This document shows, piece after piece, positions 1 through 14,889 of a stretch of DNA of 64,000 nt. The first letter of the stretch is position 1; every line of letters starts with the position of its first letter. The notes beneath the pieces are model-generated. The model saw only the letters and a program-made list of their open reading frames with translations, had not been told where the DNA came from and did no database searches. Source of the stretch: the human T2T-CHM13v2.0 reference genome, Homo sapiens. The DNA lies in NCBI RefSeq assembly GCF_009914755.1, contig NC_060927.1. One strand, given 5' to 3'. A program made the position numbers and the translations under genes.

Positions 1-353
1 CTCGAGCAGTCTGACTCTACACTGCACACTCTACCCACTGCACATACTCAACAAGAGGGAGTAAAAGAAGGATATGAAATGCACGGTTAAGAAATCTTAG
101 TCTGACATGAGTGTGCATATCAGAAAAGAATCAAGAAAGTATTTGAAAGCCTGCGACAGAAATCTAGGCTTGAGATACAGAGATAAATTCACCTACAAGG
201 TAAGGAAGGGAAGGGAATGAAATATGTTCAACAGGAAAAATAGAATTAAGAACTAACTAAAATTTTGTGTCAACAACTGATGACGACAATGATGATGATG
301 ATAAGAACTAACATATTTGGAGCCTTTGCTCTGGGTCACGCATTGTTCTAAAG

Positions 354-566
354 TCAGTTTCTCAGCCTCAGCATTATGAACGTTAGGGCTGAGTAATGAT
401 TGTAGGAGCTGTCCTGTGCATTGCAGGATGTTGAACAGCACCCCGGGCCCCCTCACTAAATATAAGGAACAGCACTCTACTCTCAATTAGCAAACAATCA
501 AAAATGTCTCTGGCCATTGTCAAATATTCCCCTGGGAAGCAAAATTGCCCCCTGTTGAAAACCCTC
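354..566 (-). mobile_element. MER20 (hAT-Charlie) inserted in a MIR
   Basis: ctgtcctgtgcattgcaggatgtt...aaaaatgtctctggccattgtcaaat...gcaaaattgccccctgttgaaaacc is the reverse complement of MER20. Confidence 0.75.
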
Positions 567-1707
567 AATCTGAGTGTTTCATATACATTATCTCACTTAT
601 TCTTGACAGCAGACGTCTGGGGAGACATGATTGCTTTATAGATCAGAAAACTGAAGGTGTGGTTGGGCAGCTGACCTGAGGTCCTGTCGCTAATAAGTGA
701 AAGAGCTAGACAAATCCAAATTTGTCTGATTCTAAAGTATATTTTTACTGCTAGCCCCCAGTACAAGTTCTCGTCTCATCTCCAATTCATACAGGGATTT
801 GTGTGCTTTCCCACTCCCTGGGCTGATGCTAGAGATGAACAGAAACAAAACACTGCTGGACACTCCTCACCGAGAAGTTCTCCTGCCACAATCACCTTTT
901 GTGTCTCCTTTCCACCTTGTGTCTCTTCGCTCTATTTGGACCCACGTTTTCTTGGCTAATAGCCTTTCAGGAAATAGGCATGGTATGAATGAACAGATAA
1001 ATCTTTAAAGCCTGAATACATACTTATGGAGAACGAGTCCTCAAACTCAATACAAACATCCAACCAACTGCAATTAAAAGCCACAAATATGTTTTTATAA
1101 GAAAATTAAGCTATCACCATATCATCTTTGATATAAAGTGAGATATGACTAAAAATGGAGGTAAAGTTCAAATTGCTACAAGTTGTAAATTTGTTCTTGA
1201 AATATCAAACACATGGGAAACAGAAGCTAATTATTTTGTCCTATTTTTGTATGTGAAAATTACTTATAATCTGCCTGTTAAACAATTCAAAATTATTTTA
1301 AATGATAATTGACCATCAAACTAGGCCAATTTACACCTACAATCCCTCTGAAATTGCCTAGAAACTGGGACAACTGCAGAAGAAAAGAAAAACACTTCCA
1401 TTTGCGTCAATGTCTTTGTTTTTCATCCATCAGTCTCCAAGGCTGCAAAATCAGAAAAGCTTAAGCACAACTGATTAATAAGGAAGCACTTTAGGACTTT
1501 GCATTATTTGATTATGCCAAGAAAAACCTTATAATTCTCATAAATTCATTATTCCGATATTGGTCATGAGGAAGTCTACTTTTTAAAGAAAAAAATGGGG
1601 AATTTCTTCTTATAACTTCATTGTCAATATTTTTAAAGTATTATATGATTTGTTTAATGCCTTTAAGCCCATCCCAATGAAGGAAAAGGGCATTTGTTTT
1701 CGTATTA

Positions 1708-1949
1708 CAATCATTCCTGGGTATACTTAGGGGATTGGTTCCAAGACCCCCTATGCATAACAAAATTCACGCACACTCAGGTCCTGCAGTGAGCTGTATA
1801 GAATCTGCACGTACAAAAAGTTAACCCTCCGTATTGGCAGGTTTTGCATCCTGTGAATACTGTATTCTCAATCTGCATTCAGCTGAAAAAAAAATCCACG
1901 TGTAAGTGGATCCTCACAGTTCAAACCCATGTAGTTCAAGGGTCAGTTG
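1708..1949 (+). mobile_element. MER8-like TcMar-Tigger MITE
   Basis: ggggattggttccaagacccc...ttcaaacccatgtagttcaagggtcagttg, flanked by TA at 1706-1707 and 1950-1951. Confidence 0.75.
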
Positions 1950-2036
1950 TAATTTACTTTTAAAAAAAAATATGTTAGCCAGTTGCAGAGAATAGATTCA
2001 ATAGCAGATTCTTCTTAGTGTCTCAAAGATCAACTT

Positions 2037-2195
2037 AAGGAGAAAGACCAAAAGGAGGGAAAGCAAAGCAGAGAGGGAGGGGAACAGAAACAAAGAGACA
2101 AAGAAGGAAGGAAGGAAAGAGAGAGAAAGGAAAAGAAAAAAAATAGAAAAAAAGTAAGGTGGAAAAAGAAAAAAAGGGGGGGGTGGAAAAAAACC
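2037..2195. repeat. Purine-rich (GA/A) low-complexity tract
   Basis: About 160 bp almost entirely A/G. Confidence 0.85.
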
Positions 2196-2469
2196 AGGCA
2201 AAGTGATCTCTGATGGCTCATGAGAGACTCTGATCTCCCTATAGCTCTGTATATCCCAGAATCTGAAATTCTCAAAATCCCTTCACTGTGCATTCTGGAA
2301 CTCAGGGTCCTCAAGAACAAAGATCTCCTATACCCTCAACCTCTTCGAAAATGATAGCTTCCCTTTCCTGACTTAATCCATTCACCTTTCCACCCTTGTT
2401 GGCAAGTACTTCATACCTTCTCCTTCAAAGCTTCAGCACCTCTTTCCCCATACTCACTTTTAACTATTG

Positions 2470-3998
2470 GCCTTCCTTCCCTTTTCACCCAGAAATGGAA
2501 ACCACAGAAGAGAATTTCCTTTACCTGCAGCACCCCATCAACTCACGGACTTGCATCTCTGCCCAGATCCTCTGCCATCCCTCCTGTAACTCTGGGTGCC
2601 CCAACACGTGTGCCTACCCATAGTAGCCCCTCCTCTTGTGTACTAGATCCCATCCCACCCCCCTGCTCATGGATACCACTGCAGCAGTGCATTTTCTACC
2701 AGGTCAGATCCTATCAGCAGACAAATATATCATCATGTCTCTCATCTCAAAAAGGCCTTCTCTTGACCTCTACTTCTTTCTCCACCTACCATCCTATTTC
2801 TCTCCATTCTTTATAGCAAAACTTTTAGAAAAAGGTGTCCAGGTTTATGGCCTCCAATCAGAATCAAACTTTCCCCCCACCATTTCCCCAAAATAGCTCT
2901 TAGCAATATTGATGTCATTAGTGACCTGAATAAATCCAATGGTCAATTTTCAGTTTTCATATTTCCTGATCTATCTAAAGTATTTGAAACAAATGATCAT
3001 GCCCTCCCTTGTTGAAACACTTTTCTTCATTTGACCTTAAGGATACCACACTCTCTTGTTTCATTCCAACTCATCTACTCAACCTCTTAATGTTGCAATA
3101 TCGCAGTGTTCATTCTCTGGCCACCTTTTTTTCTCTATATATGATTATATTCTATATTATACTCACCTTTTTCATGACTGGATGCAATCTTTCTGCTAAT
3201 CAGTCCCAAATTTATACCGTTAGGCTTGCTATCTCATCCCTGGACTCGAAACTGCAAAGCCAACTAATTAATCATCTTCACTTGGATGTCTAATAGATAC
3301 CCCAAGGTTCAGATGCCCAAAACCAAATCCCTGGGTTTACCCTCCAAATCTGCTTCCTTGTACTTTCCCATCAGTAAATGACAACTGCATCCTACCAGTT
3401 GCCCAGGCCCCACACCTTAAAATCATTCTTAATTATGTTTTTTTTCCCATCCCACAATCAATCCATCAGTAAATCTACCCAGTTTTATCATCAAATACTG
3501 CCATAATCTGACCACTTCTCACCACCTCCACTGCTCCTATCCTGGTCCAAGTCACCAACCTCCTTCACCTGTACTGAGCATTTGTCTCCAGTCTTCCTGC
3601 TTCTACCATTACCTTCCCATGCTTATTCTCAACACAACAGCCAGAGGAATCCTGTTAAAACATCCCATCGCCCTTCTATTCAAAAAACCCCCCACTGGAA
3701 TTTCACAAAGAGCAAAACCCAGGTCGCTAAAATGGACAACAAATCCTTCCATGATCCGGTGCCTTTCCTTCTAATCCTGTTTCAGACTTCTGATACTACT
3801 AATCACCATCTCACATCCCACATACTACACTTTGTTGCTGTCACTGCTATAATTATTGTCTGTATGCTCCACTAGCATATAAGCTCCAGGATGAGAGAAT
3901 TTTTGTTTGTTTCATTCATTTATATATTCCCAACATCTATCACAGTGCCTGGCACATAGTGGATACTCAACAAAATGTGCTGAATGAATGAATGAATG
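2470..3998 (+). mobile_element. L2 (L2a-like) fragment with 3' end
   Basis: Ends cagtgcctggcacatagt...ctcaacaaaatgtgctgaatgaatgaatgaatg. Confidence 0.75.
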
Positions 3999-4079
3999 GA
4001 ACTCTGAGAGTCAGAAAAGCATCAAATCACATCTAAGAACTAGGGATTTAATCTCATCCCTGTCATTATGGCCTTACTC

Positions 4080-5430
4080 TTTTTTTAATTGTGATAAGAT
4101 ACACATAACCTGAAATTTACCATTTTAACCATCTCAAGTGTACAGTTCAGTGGCATCAAGTACATTCGCATTATGACACAATCATCACCACCATCCATCT
4201 CCAGAACATTTTTCATCTTCCCAAACTGAAGCTCCACACCCATTGAACATTGAACAATATCTCCCCATTCCTTTCTCCCTCCAGCCCCTGGCAACCACCA
4301 TTCTGCTTTGTGTCTCTATGAATTTGACTACTCTAGGTGTCACATTTAAGTGCAATCAAGCAATATTTGCCTTCTTGTGACTGGTTTATTTCATTTAGCA
4401 TAATGTCCTCAAGGTTCATCCATGTCATAGTATGTGTCAGAGTTTCCTTTTTATAAGACTTTATATATATAAACACACAATAGAATATTATTTTATTTAT
4501 CCATTCATCCACTGAGGGACATATATTTGGATTGCTTCTATCTTTTGGCCATGGTGAATAATGCTGCTATGAACATGGGTGTACAAATATCTGTTTGAGT
4601 CCCTGCATTAAATTATTTTGGGTATATATCCAGAAGTGGAATTGCTGGATCATATAGTAATTCCATTTCTAATTTCTTGAGGAACTGCCATACTGTTTTC
4701 TGTAGCAGCTGAATCATTTTCTATTCCCTCCATCAATGCACAAAAGTTTCCATTTCTCTATTTACTCACCAACACTTGCTATTTTGTTTTTTGTAATAGC
4801 CATCTTAATGGGTATAAAGTAGTATCTTACTATGGTTTTGATTCGCATTTTTCTAATGACTAGTATGTTCAGTATTTTTTCATATGCTTGTTGGCCATCT
4901 GTATGTCTTCTTTGTAGAAATATCTATTCAAGTCCTTTTGCCCATTTTTCCATCAGGTTGTTTGGTTTTCTTTGATGTTGTCAAGTTATAGAAGTTCTTT
5001 AATTATTCTAGATATTAATCCCTTAACAGATATATGATTTGCAAATATTTTCTCCCATTCTGTGGACTGCTTTTTCACCTTGATAGTGTTTTTGATGTAT
5101 GATTTTAAATTTTGATGTAGTTCAATTTAACTATTTTTTCTTTTGTCACCTGTGCTTTTGGTGTCCTACCTAAGATATCACTTCCAAATCTAATGTCATA
5201 AATTTTCTTGTAAATGTTTTATGGTTTCAACTCTTGTGTTTAGGACTTTGATCTATTTTAATTTTCATATATGATATAAGGTAAGGGTCCAACCTCATTA
5301 TTTTACATGTCCCAGTATCCAGTTTTTCCAACAACAGTTGTTGAAATGATGGTCCTTTCCCTAATGAATGGTCTTAGCACCTCTGTCAAAAATTACTGGA
5401 TCATATATGTGACAGTTTATTTCTGGGCCC
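4080..5430 (-). mobile_element. L1MB-type LINE-1 3' fragment
   Basis: aaatttaccattttaacc...gtgtacagttcagtggc...; gggtatatatccagaagtggaattgctggatcatat. Confidence 0.85.
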
Positions 5431-5510
5431 TTGTTTCTTTGAGTAAGTCTTCTAAGCTCTCCAACCTCCATTCCCAAAAATGTGAAATGAATAGATTCCA
5501 CCAGTAAGGA

Positions 5511-5830
5511 TGTATCTTATTTTGTCTTGGTTACTGTAACAAAATACCATAAACTAGGTAGATTATTAGCAATAGAAAATTTATTTCTTATAGTTCTGGA
5601 AGCTGGGAAGTCCAAGATCAAGGTGCCAGCAGATTTGATGTCTGCTGAGGGGTTACCTTTTGGTTCATACATGGTGACTTCTTACTGTGTCCTCATATTG
5701 TAGAAGAGGCCAAGCAGCAATCTGGTGCCTCTTCTATAGGGGCACTAATTCCATTCATGAGGGCTCTGCTGTCATAATCCAATCACTTCCCAAAGGCCCC
5801 ATCTCCTGACACCACCACATTGGTGGTGAG
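5511..5830 (-). mobile_element. MaLR LTR (MLT1A/MST-like)
   Basis: aacaaaataccataaactagg...agttctggaagctgggaagtccaagatcaaggtgccagcagattt. Confidence 0.75.
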
Positions 5831-6851
5831 TGGATGGAAAATACAGCCAAAGTCCTTTCTCCACCACCCTAAGTATGGCCAGCATTAATGATTTCCCCAA
5901 CCAACACATGGACACCATACACCATATACCAGATTTGAGCAACTAGTGGGTGAAAACGGAACATGATATGTGTTTCTTAAATGCCTTAATGTTCTAGTAG
6001 CACAATCATTTATGTAATATTGAAATCTCTACATAAAAATATCCACATGGCCATTTGATCTATGTTAAGGCACCTCCTCCACTAATGGGGAACTCACTAA
6101 TTTTAGAGGAAACTAATTCCATTTATTTAAAACTTTGGCTATTAAGACAATCCATAAACATACATATTCTTTTTAAATGGTTTGCTTTCTTCAGCTATGT
6201 TATTAGCTCATTTGGGTCCCTTTAAGAAGACTCTCTAAAGACACCAAGGCTGGAGAACTACCATGAATGGGACAGCTATAAAATGAGTAAGAACAGTATT
6301 TGCAGCTAAATGGCCTGAATTGCAGAGTAGAGTATGAGATGTAATTTGGTTCTTAGGGCATCCACTGTAAACTTGGATCTTTGCCAAAAGGAAAGCATTA
6401 TGAACTACTGATAGACATATGGCTTCAAAGTCATCTCAGTTTTGAACAAGTAAAGACAGAATGGAAAGGGTTGGTTCAGTATGAATAAAACAGATGACCC
6501 CAAATTACCTCTCAAGAGTAAATTCAGCTCTATAAAAATTAGAGATCCAGTGGCAAGGATTAGGAAAACACTTAAGCAAAGCTTTGTACCTACACTGCAA
6601 AGCCACAGATCACTTGGTAGGACAAAGTCAAGAAAGACTCAAAACTCAGTGACAGCAAAAAACAAGATGTCAACTTCAGTGTATTCTACATTAAAATAAA
6701 TATTAACAGTAATAATTAAGTCACAGTGAAACACTCCAAGCATCCCAGATTTCTTTGACTTTCGTTCCTATGATGGTTATGGAGATCAGTTCTGATTACA
6801 CTTTTCTTTTAGTTTATTTTGATGGAAAGAACTGGATCATGGAATTATCCC

Positions 6852-7060
6852 CAAAGCTTCCCAACCTGGGCGATCCTCCAAACCCTCTGGAGAACTTTTG
6901 AAAATATGGGCTCCACACTAGACACTCTAAATCAGTATCTCTGCAGTTGGATTTTGTTGTCTTATGGGGTTGTTTTTGTTTTTCTTTTGTATTTTTGTTT
7001 CTGTTTTTTAAAATTTCCCCAAGTCATTCTGATTATAAGCAGGGCTTGGGACCTGCTGGT
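6852..7060. mobile_element. MER5-like hAT fragment
   Basis: aatcagtatctctg...aaatttccccaagtcattctgat...cagggcttgggacc. Confidence 0.5.
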
Positions 7061-7421
7061 CCAGACCCCATACCTCTACTGGTTTTCCTCGCTGGAAAGA
7101 CCTTAGTAATTGGCTCTGCAAATGAAGAGAGCACCAGTGACATTGGGAGACACTACTGCTACTGAAAATGATAAACTGCTAGGTCACATAGAAACATGGA
7201 GAACTGTATCCAATATAATGCTAATTATACAGCAAATGCCAGATATAACACCATATGTAAGACTTTTGGGCAGGTAAAATAATAGGTACAGCAGAAACTC
7301 TTTCATTCCATATGAACAGCATATAAAAGTGGTTGCAACAGGGCCTGAAGCCTTTTGTTGGCAACAAGGAGTTGCCTAGAACTACCTGTGAGAGGGACCT
7401 GCGTGGTTTTCACCTGGGTGG

Positions 7422-7471
7422 TGCCATTACTTTCAATGGCAAAAACTGTGATTATTTTGGCACCAACCTAA
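7422..7471 (+). mobile_element. MADE1 (Hsmar1 MITE), left arm mostly missing
   Basis: tgccattactttcaatggcaaaaactgtgattattttggcaccaacctaa. Confidence 0.8.
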
Positions 7472-8561
7472 TATTTTAAAATGTGCTATAGTGAAATAGC
7501 ATCTATGTGAAGTGCACTAATCTATAAGAATTTAATATGTGTATTAAACTATGTTCAAATTTTGGCTATATAATAAATAAATATAGGCATTAGAGAATGT
7601 CACATCAACTTTAAAAACACAAAAATGCTATGAGCTGAAATTATTTATAATTACTATGAAAGTGTTTAACCAATTTGTTATTATTGTTATAGAGCCCCAA
7701 AACCTCTGTTACAAAATTCATCAGTTTGGTCTCTGTCTAATTCTGCATAATCCTCAAGGATTCTCATCACATTGTGGGTGTTCTTGGCTTCTCTTTAACC
7801 TGTACAATGCAAAGTGATTTTTTTAATTTTCTAAAATGAACACACTAATAAAATGGGCAGTGGACCATACTAAATATTAACTCCCTGCTGTTTGTTCTCT
7901 CTTGTTTATTTGACTATTCAGATTCTCTGCCATTTGTGTCTATAAAACCCGGGATTAGGTCAGGCAGATGCAGGACAATATTCGTTCACCATGACAACAC
8001 TGTCGCCTTTGCTAATGCATCCAAGCCCTTGGACTGCCTTCGAAAATGACAAGGAGATTTTATAACCTCTCTAGTTGAGCTCTTCTCACCACCTGAACAG
8101 AGACAAGGGTAATCAAATTCCATTTCAAAGAAGAATATCATTGCCCTTCTTTCACCTCTTTCTTTTCCAAGAGTGTCCTTGCAAGATGCGTATGACCCAG
8201 CCATCAATGCTAAAGAGACATGATTGGATAAGGAGACAGAGCAAGTCCCCCTTTACCATCTCTAACTCTCATTTTCAACAATGACTCCCTGCCTGTGACT
8301 AGAATAATGTGGTGTGTTAGGGAAAGTTAAAATTAACAGATAAATATCTTCTTATTACACATTTGTAGAGAGAGATAATTCTCAAAGATAATTCCTGTTT
8401 TCATCTTCCATTCTATTTCTCCCCATGATCATTCCATTCCCTTTAAGACCTTTCCAATATCATATTTACATATACAAATCCTAACTCATCATTTTCATAA
8501 TAAATATTTATGCAGCACCAACATGGGCTAAGGACTATGTTCAGCACTGAGCATACAATGG

Positions 8562-8976
8562 TGATACAGTTTGGATGTTTGACCCCTCCAAAGCTCACAT
8601 CAAAATGTATTCCTCAGTGTTGGAAGTAGGCCCTGGTGGGAGGTGCTTGGATCATGGGGACAGATCCCTCATGAATGTCTTGGTGCCATTCTCCGGGTAA
8701 TGAATGAGTTCTCACTCTGTGAGTTCGTGCTAGATCTGGTTGTTTAAAATAACCTGGAACTTCCTCCTCTCCCCCTTCCTCCTGCTCTTGCTATGTGACA
8801 TGCTGGCTCCCCTTCACTTTCAGCCATGGTTGCAAGCTTCCTGAGGCCCTCACCAGAAGCAGATGCCAGCATCACACTTCTTGTACAACCCGTGGAACAA
8901 TGAGCCAAAATAAATGTATTTTCTTTATAAATTACCCAGTCTCAGGTGTTTCTTTACAGCAATGCAGACTAACACA
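8562..8976 (+). mobile_element. MST (MSTB-like) solo LTR inserted in L2
   Basis: TG...CA ends; 5-bp TSD AATGG at 8557-8561 and 8977-8981. Confidence 0.85.
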
Positions 8977-11900
8977 AATGGCATCCAAGAGAGTCCACAG
9001 ACCTTGCCCTCATGAGGCTTGAAGTCTAGACTTCCAATGGTTACTTCAAATTACACCTCTTCTCAGAGGCCTTCCATGATTCCTTTCCTTACTCTACGTT
9101 GTCACAATACTCTACCCACACTGTACTTTTGGTCTGTATCATTTTCTACTTTGTATGGCAATCACATATATATCTAATCTCCTCTGTCGATCCACAAAAA
9201 GTGTAGGCCCTCATTCATTTTTGAACCCTAACAGCAACTCAGCATTCAATACCTTGCTTATAGGTGGCACGCCCCAAAAAATTATCAACTCAATAAAACA
9301 CACAAGGGAGCAGGAATGTATCAACCTTTAAAATCAACATTAATTATATTTTCAATTCTAAAGAGAAATTACAGACAGAAAGAGAAATTTATGAAAATTA
9401 TGGAGCAAAGCATTCAGAGTATTAGGAGTACCAAAAAAAAAGAGTACAAAAATTGTAATGCATATTTTATAGAACTCTTCCTGAAATGATGAACAAAGAA
9501 TAGCTCACTTTCCCATCTAAATACATTGTAGATAAATGGGAAAAAGCAAAAAATATAAGCCAGTTAAGCAATAGCTGTTAGGTTGAAAGTATTGATCATT
9601 GGGGGACTCTATTGCATGGGAGGAGGGAAATATATCAAGGAGTTTAATTAACAAATGCTGGAGAAATCGTGCTAGTCAACCAGACCTTGAGGCATGAGTC
9701 AGACTTCACAGAGAAATAGTGTAAAATGCAGAGAAAAGCCAGACTCACTATGGAATGATCTGCAGTCTTTTAACCACAAGAGTCAGTGTCACAGAAAGAA
9801 CATGACAAAGCAGTGCCTACGATTTCCAGAGTTACATGCGAAATACTGTTTCCCTGCCAGGGAAACCCCAGCTCATGACAGTGGCATGAGAATGAGAAAG
9901 GCCACCTGCAAATGAAATGAGACCATCCCACCTGCAACAGCAGGAGAGGGCCACACATGGTCTTGTTAGTGCCATTTCAGGAGTTGTGCTGCAGAACCAG
10001 GGAGGAGACCAGACATTAGGTCAAGCCTGTGATCTCAAGGGAGCTGGCCTGCTGCTTCCCCAGAGGACTTCAGCTAGAGTCAGTGGAGTTAATAAATCAT
10101 GTAACTGTCTGGTCCCATTATCTCAACCCATCTACCCTTTGATTCTGCTGCTTGGAAGGAATTCCCAGAAATCAAGAAACCCAGGCTGAGAACCCATAGA
10201 TGTCATTCTCTGAGTAAACAGATGTTCAAACCTTGAAGAACCCGGCAGGAATCTGCCCTGCCTTTAACTAGGAAGGGTAGGCCCATCTAGATGGAGTCCA
10301 AGAACAGGCAACAGCTATATAAATCTAACTTCACAAAGGTTGCTAAATTTTGGTAGTTAAATCTACAGCTGACTGTGAAAGGGAGCCTTAAATAGGGCTG
10401 AAATTTTAACAATGAAAAATCATTTAGTTAATAATTCCTTTTTCCATTCTAAACCAGTGACGGCCAACAAAATAAATGACCATGTTGAACTCAGGAATGG
10501 AATAATATGTTCTTACAATGAAAAAAAAATCCTTTTCTGAAAACCTCTCTCAACAGCACAAAATGCCCTATTAGAAACCATTCTTTAATTAGCTTTTCCA
10601 TCAGCTTTTCCATCCACTATATTTTACACTGCATAAAATACCCATCACTCAACTTCTTAGAAATCCCCCCACTGAGTTTCAATGGAAAAAATTACAACCA
10701 ACTCAACACTGGGTTTCCAATAATGCTCTTATTTCTATACCAAAAATAGAATTTCACGACTTTCTTCTCCTAGCTTGCTTTTCAAACTAAACTAACACTA
10801 GGTCATTCTCCCCTGCCCCTTACCTAAATGGTTGAGTGATGAGAATGTTATAAGCGATCTAACAGTGAAAAGCAAAAAAGGGCGGCAAAGGAGAGTGATT
10901 GGCTACCTTGTACACTGGGTTTAGGAGGATTCTAAAGCCAAAACTAGGTTTAGAGGGGAAGTCTCACGATTAGTGATGTCTGCCATCAGAACCAAAATGG
11001 AGAATGGCAGTACAATATTTGTCATTGGGGCTATCTATAAATACAATAGCTGGATATACAGAAAATAATTGAGGTGCATTTTCAGTAGCAAGAAGATTCT
11101 TAAGTTATCTTTGGTTTTGTTTTTAAGAGTTAGCTGGTTCATATGCAACATAAACAAGAGTTCACTACCTGGCCTAATGAAGGGGTTGGATTATCATGCC
11201 ACAGAATATTACCCAATGCTTTGAGCTGAGGTCACATCCAAGATTAACAGGAAGCACTACTCATAAGGACCCCTCCCAGGGTGGAAGAGACCATCCACTT
11301 AAGGGTGGACTGTGACAGCCTAATAGAGCTGTGAGCAAATGTGTTGTGAAGAAAATGCACTAACTGAAGCACCTGCTTCAATTTCTAAATGTGACTCATA
11401 CCATGTCAGACTGATCCCTGAGCTTTAGTTTCTTCGTCAGTTTAATGGGAACAACAGCTCTTGCACTCATCTCAAAGGATGTGTTGGGGATTAAAATGAG
11501 AACTTAAGTGAAGCAATCAGACCACAACATACCTTCAACAACTTCAGTCTCACTCATGGGAGATGTTCCAAAAATAAATGCTGAACGAGGTTCCCCATAC
11601 CAACACTTCAAATTATTCTCCACTGAAAGACTGTCATAAGAAGGAGGAGGCTGAATTTCCTGCTGTGCCCTGGAATGAGATCACTGTGTCACTCCATCTA
11701 AGTTGCCTGGTCACAACTTCCAATGTGCACCATTGACTACATCCTCCTCATCAGGGAAGGGATAAGAACAAAATGATACCTGTGATTAACTTCTGCCTAG
11801 AACTTTATAGTTTATCAATCATTCACTCTGAGAAGACTCTCACATCAACTATGAGGTATTACCACCATTTCCATTTTAGGAATAAGAAGAGTGAGAAAGA

Positions 11901-13399
11901 GAAATGGTTAAGGGGTTAAGGAATGGGAGGCAGGAAGAAGGCTCCAGCCTTATTCTAAATACCATGTCATGTCTACGTTTAAGATGAGTATTAGCAACTC
12001 AAATAAGTAGGTGAACTGTGACAATCAAATGACAATCCTGGGTTCACTGCTACCACTTAGGAAGGGATCAGAGAAAAATGAGTTTTAATTATAGAGGTAG
12101 AAATTAAGGATATTCAAAGATGGGAGAGTATACTGATAAGGCAATCGTGCACAGGAATGGGTTACTAATGCGATTATGGGGAACATCTCTCTTGGGGGGA
12201 GAAAAATGTGCCTGTAATCAGATAATTTTTATTTGCCAAATTAATTACAAAATACCTATGGGCTTTAGGGAAAACATTAAAAATAACCTTCTCTGTCCCC
12301 GAGGCATCATAATATCCCAGATCATATCTGACGGGAGATTAATTTTTCCATGCTATTCAATTTTAAGTCAAATCAAATACTTACCATACACCTAATGTGT
12401 ACAAAGCATGGTATAGCAGATGACACACTATGCAATGTATTCAAGTAAACATATTAGAATCCTGTAGTGTAAATAATAGCAAAGATGCTATCCTTTGCTG
12501 AAAGGTGAAGAGGCACTTCAGAGAGACAAGCTATTTCAAAGAAATGATTTTAAAGAAATGTTTCAAATATCAAAATTATTGAGATGCATGTAGATTTATC
12601 CAGGCAAACATTTCTATGTGTTTGTACGTGAATGCTCATATAACATTTAATGCCACCACAACAGTTTCATTTTCTTTAAAATGGTTTTCTGGTCCTTAGT
12701 AACAGAAGTCTGTCACATATATCTTTGGTTCTCCATTCTGAACCAAGTCAACTTCATGGACTGTTTATTTCATTATGGTATTTGCTACCACCAAAAGTAT
12801 CCTCTATCTTTCTTGTTGGGGCTTTATATAGGACAATTTAGAAAGGAAGAGGTGGGCATGTGCACGGTGACTCAAATATATCTGTTTCTATAGGGAGATA
12901 AAAAAGATTCACATTGACTCCCACACTGAGATGCATTTTGTCTAAAGGTACTGGAACTCATTAACTCTATCTACTCCCTCCTTTGACCATTATACTAGAA
13001 TGTGCCCCAGCAAAATGTCCTCTTCCAGGGCAAATTCTCAGATTGGGGAAAAGTCAACTAGCTCTATATAGGGTTAAAATAAATAAAAAGTCCTTGAATA
13101 TTTATTTTAAATTGTTACCTCGAGACATGACTTTTATACAAAGTTAAAAATAAAATGGCTTCTAGTAAAGACAATGGTGGTTGTGGTAAAGGATCTCAGG
13201 AAACAAGGACCTCATAGTTCTAACCCTCTTCTTCATCCTCCTCACTGGACACTCAAAAGCTACAGCAGGCAAATAAAGTCCACACTGGGTGCCACAGGCA
13301 GGAAGTTCCACCTGATACGGCCACGACCACCCTCCATGATCTCACCTGAAACTGCCTCCCTTCAGCTCCTTCTTGCCCACAAGTCCTTTCTGGTGCCTC

Positions 13400-14110
<711 letters not shown>

Positions 14111-14889
14111 TAAACTGAATTGAAGAACTCAAAAATTCTCAAACCAAGAAATTTTCTCCTTTAATTCTTTTTCCCAAATCAAACATGAGCCAGCTGACTG
14201 AAAGCCAGGATTAGCAAACCATCAGCTACACTGCCATAAGCCTCAGTGAAGATCAAAGAAGCTTCATAGCACAAAGCTAAGGGAGCCATCTCTTGACCCC
14301 CTGATCACCTGGACACTACTTTTATGTCTCCTACAAGGCCTGGGATAAGCTACAGCCAAAAAAAAAAAAGGAATTCTCTTTTGCTCCCCTGCAATTTTAC
14401 TCCATCCAGTGGCCTCTGACCTGGTCTCCAGCTCACTGCCTTTGATAAGTAGAGAATTTTCTCTACTAGCTAAAAGGCATAAGGGAGGCATTCTCATGAG
14501 ATGAACTTGCTTGTCCAAGGTCAGCCAACATGCCCATGGCAAGGTTTCTTATTTACCAAAGCAGAAGTGAAAACTATCATGTTGTGAGAAAGAACCTTAC
14601 TGTAGGCAAAATAAGCATGTTTAACTCTAAATTATCCAGAATAAAACTTTAATGAGAATCTCAAACTATGGAGATGAAATTAATTAATTTTCTTGTTGAA
14701 AATTCAACATAAACTCCAAATATTATTAATATTTCAAATAAAACTTTTAGTGAAACTGTTTTATAGGTAACTCCAGTAACATAAAAGCTACTTTACAACT
14801 ACAGGATGATGAAATCACTGCACAATATATTCTTAGCTAATTCTGACCTGTCTGACTTTTTAACTTTCTCCAAGCTATAAAAATCAATA

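Noticed and set aside
1998-2320. Hydrophobic F/L/S-rich ORFs resembling membrane peptides
   Set aside because: Artefact of the low-complexity purine tract.
7422-7471. miR-548-type hairpin from MADE1
   Set aside because: The left arm is mostly missing, so no long stem can form.
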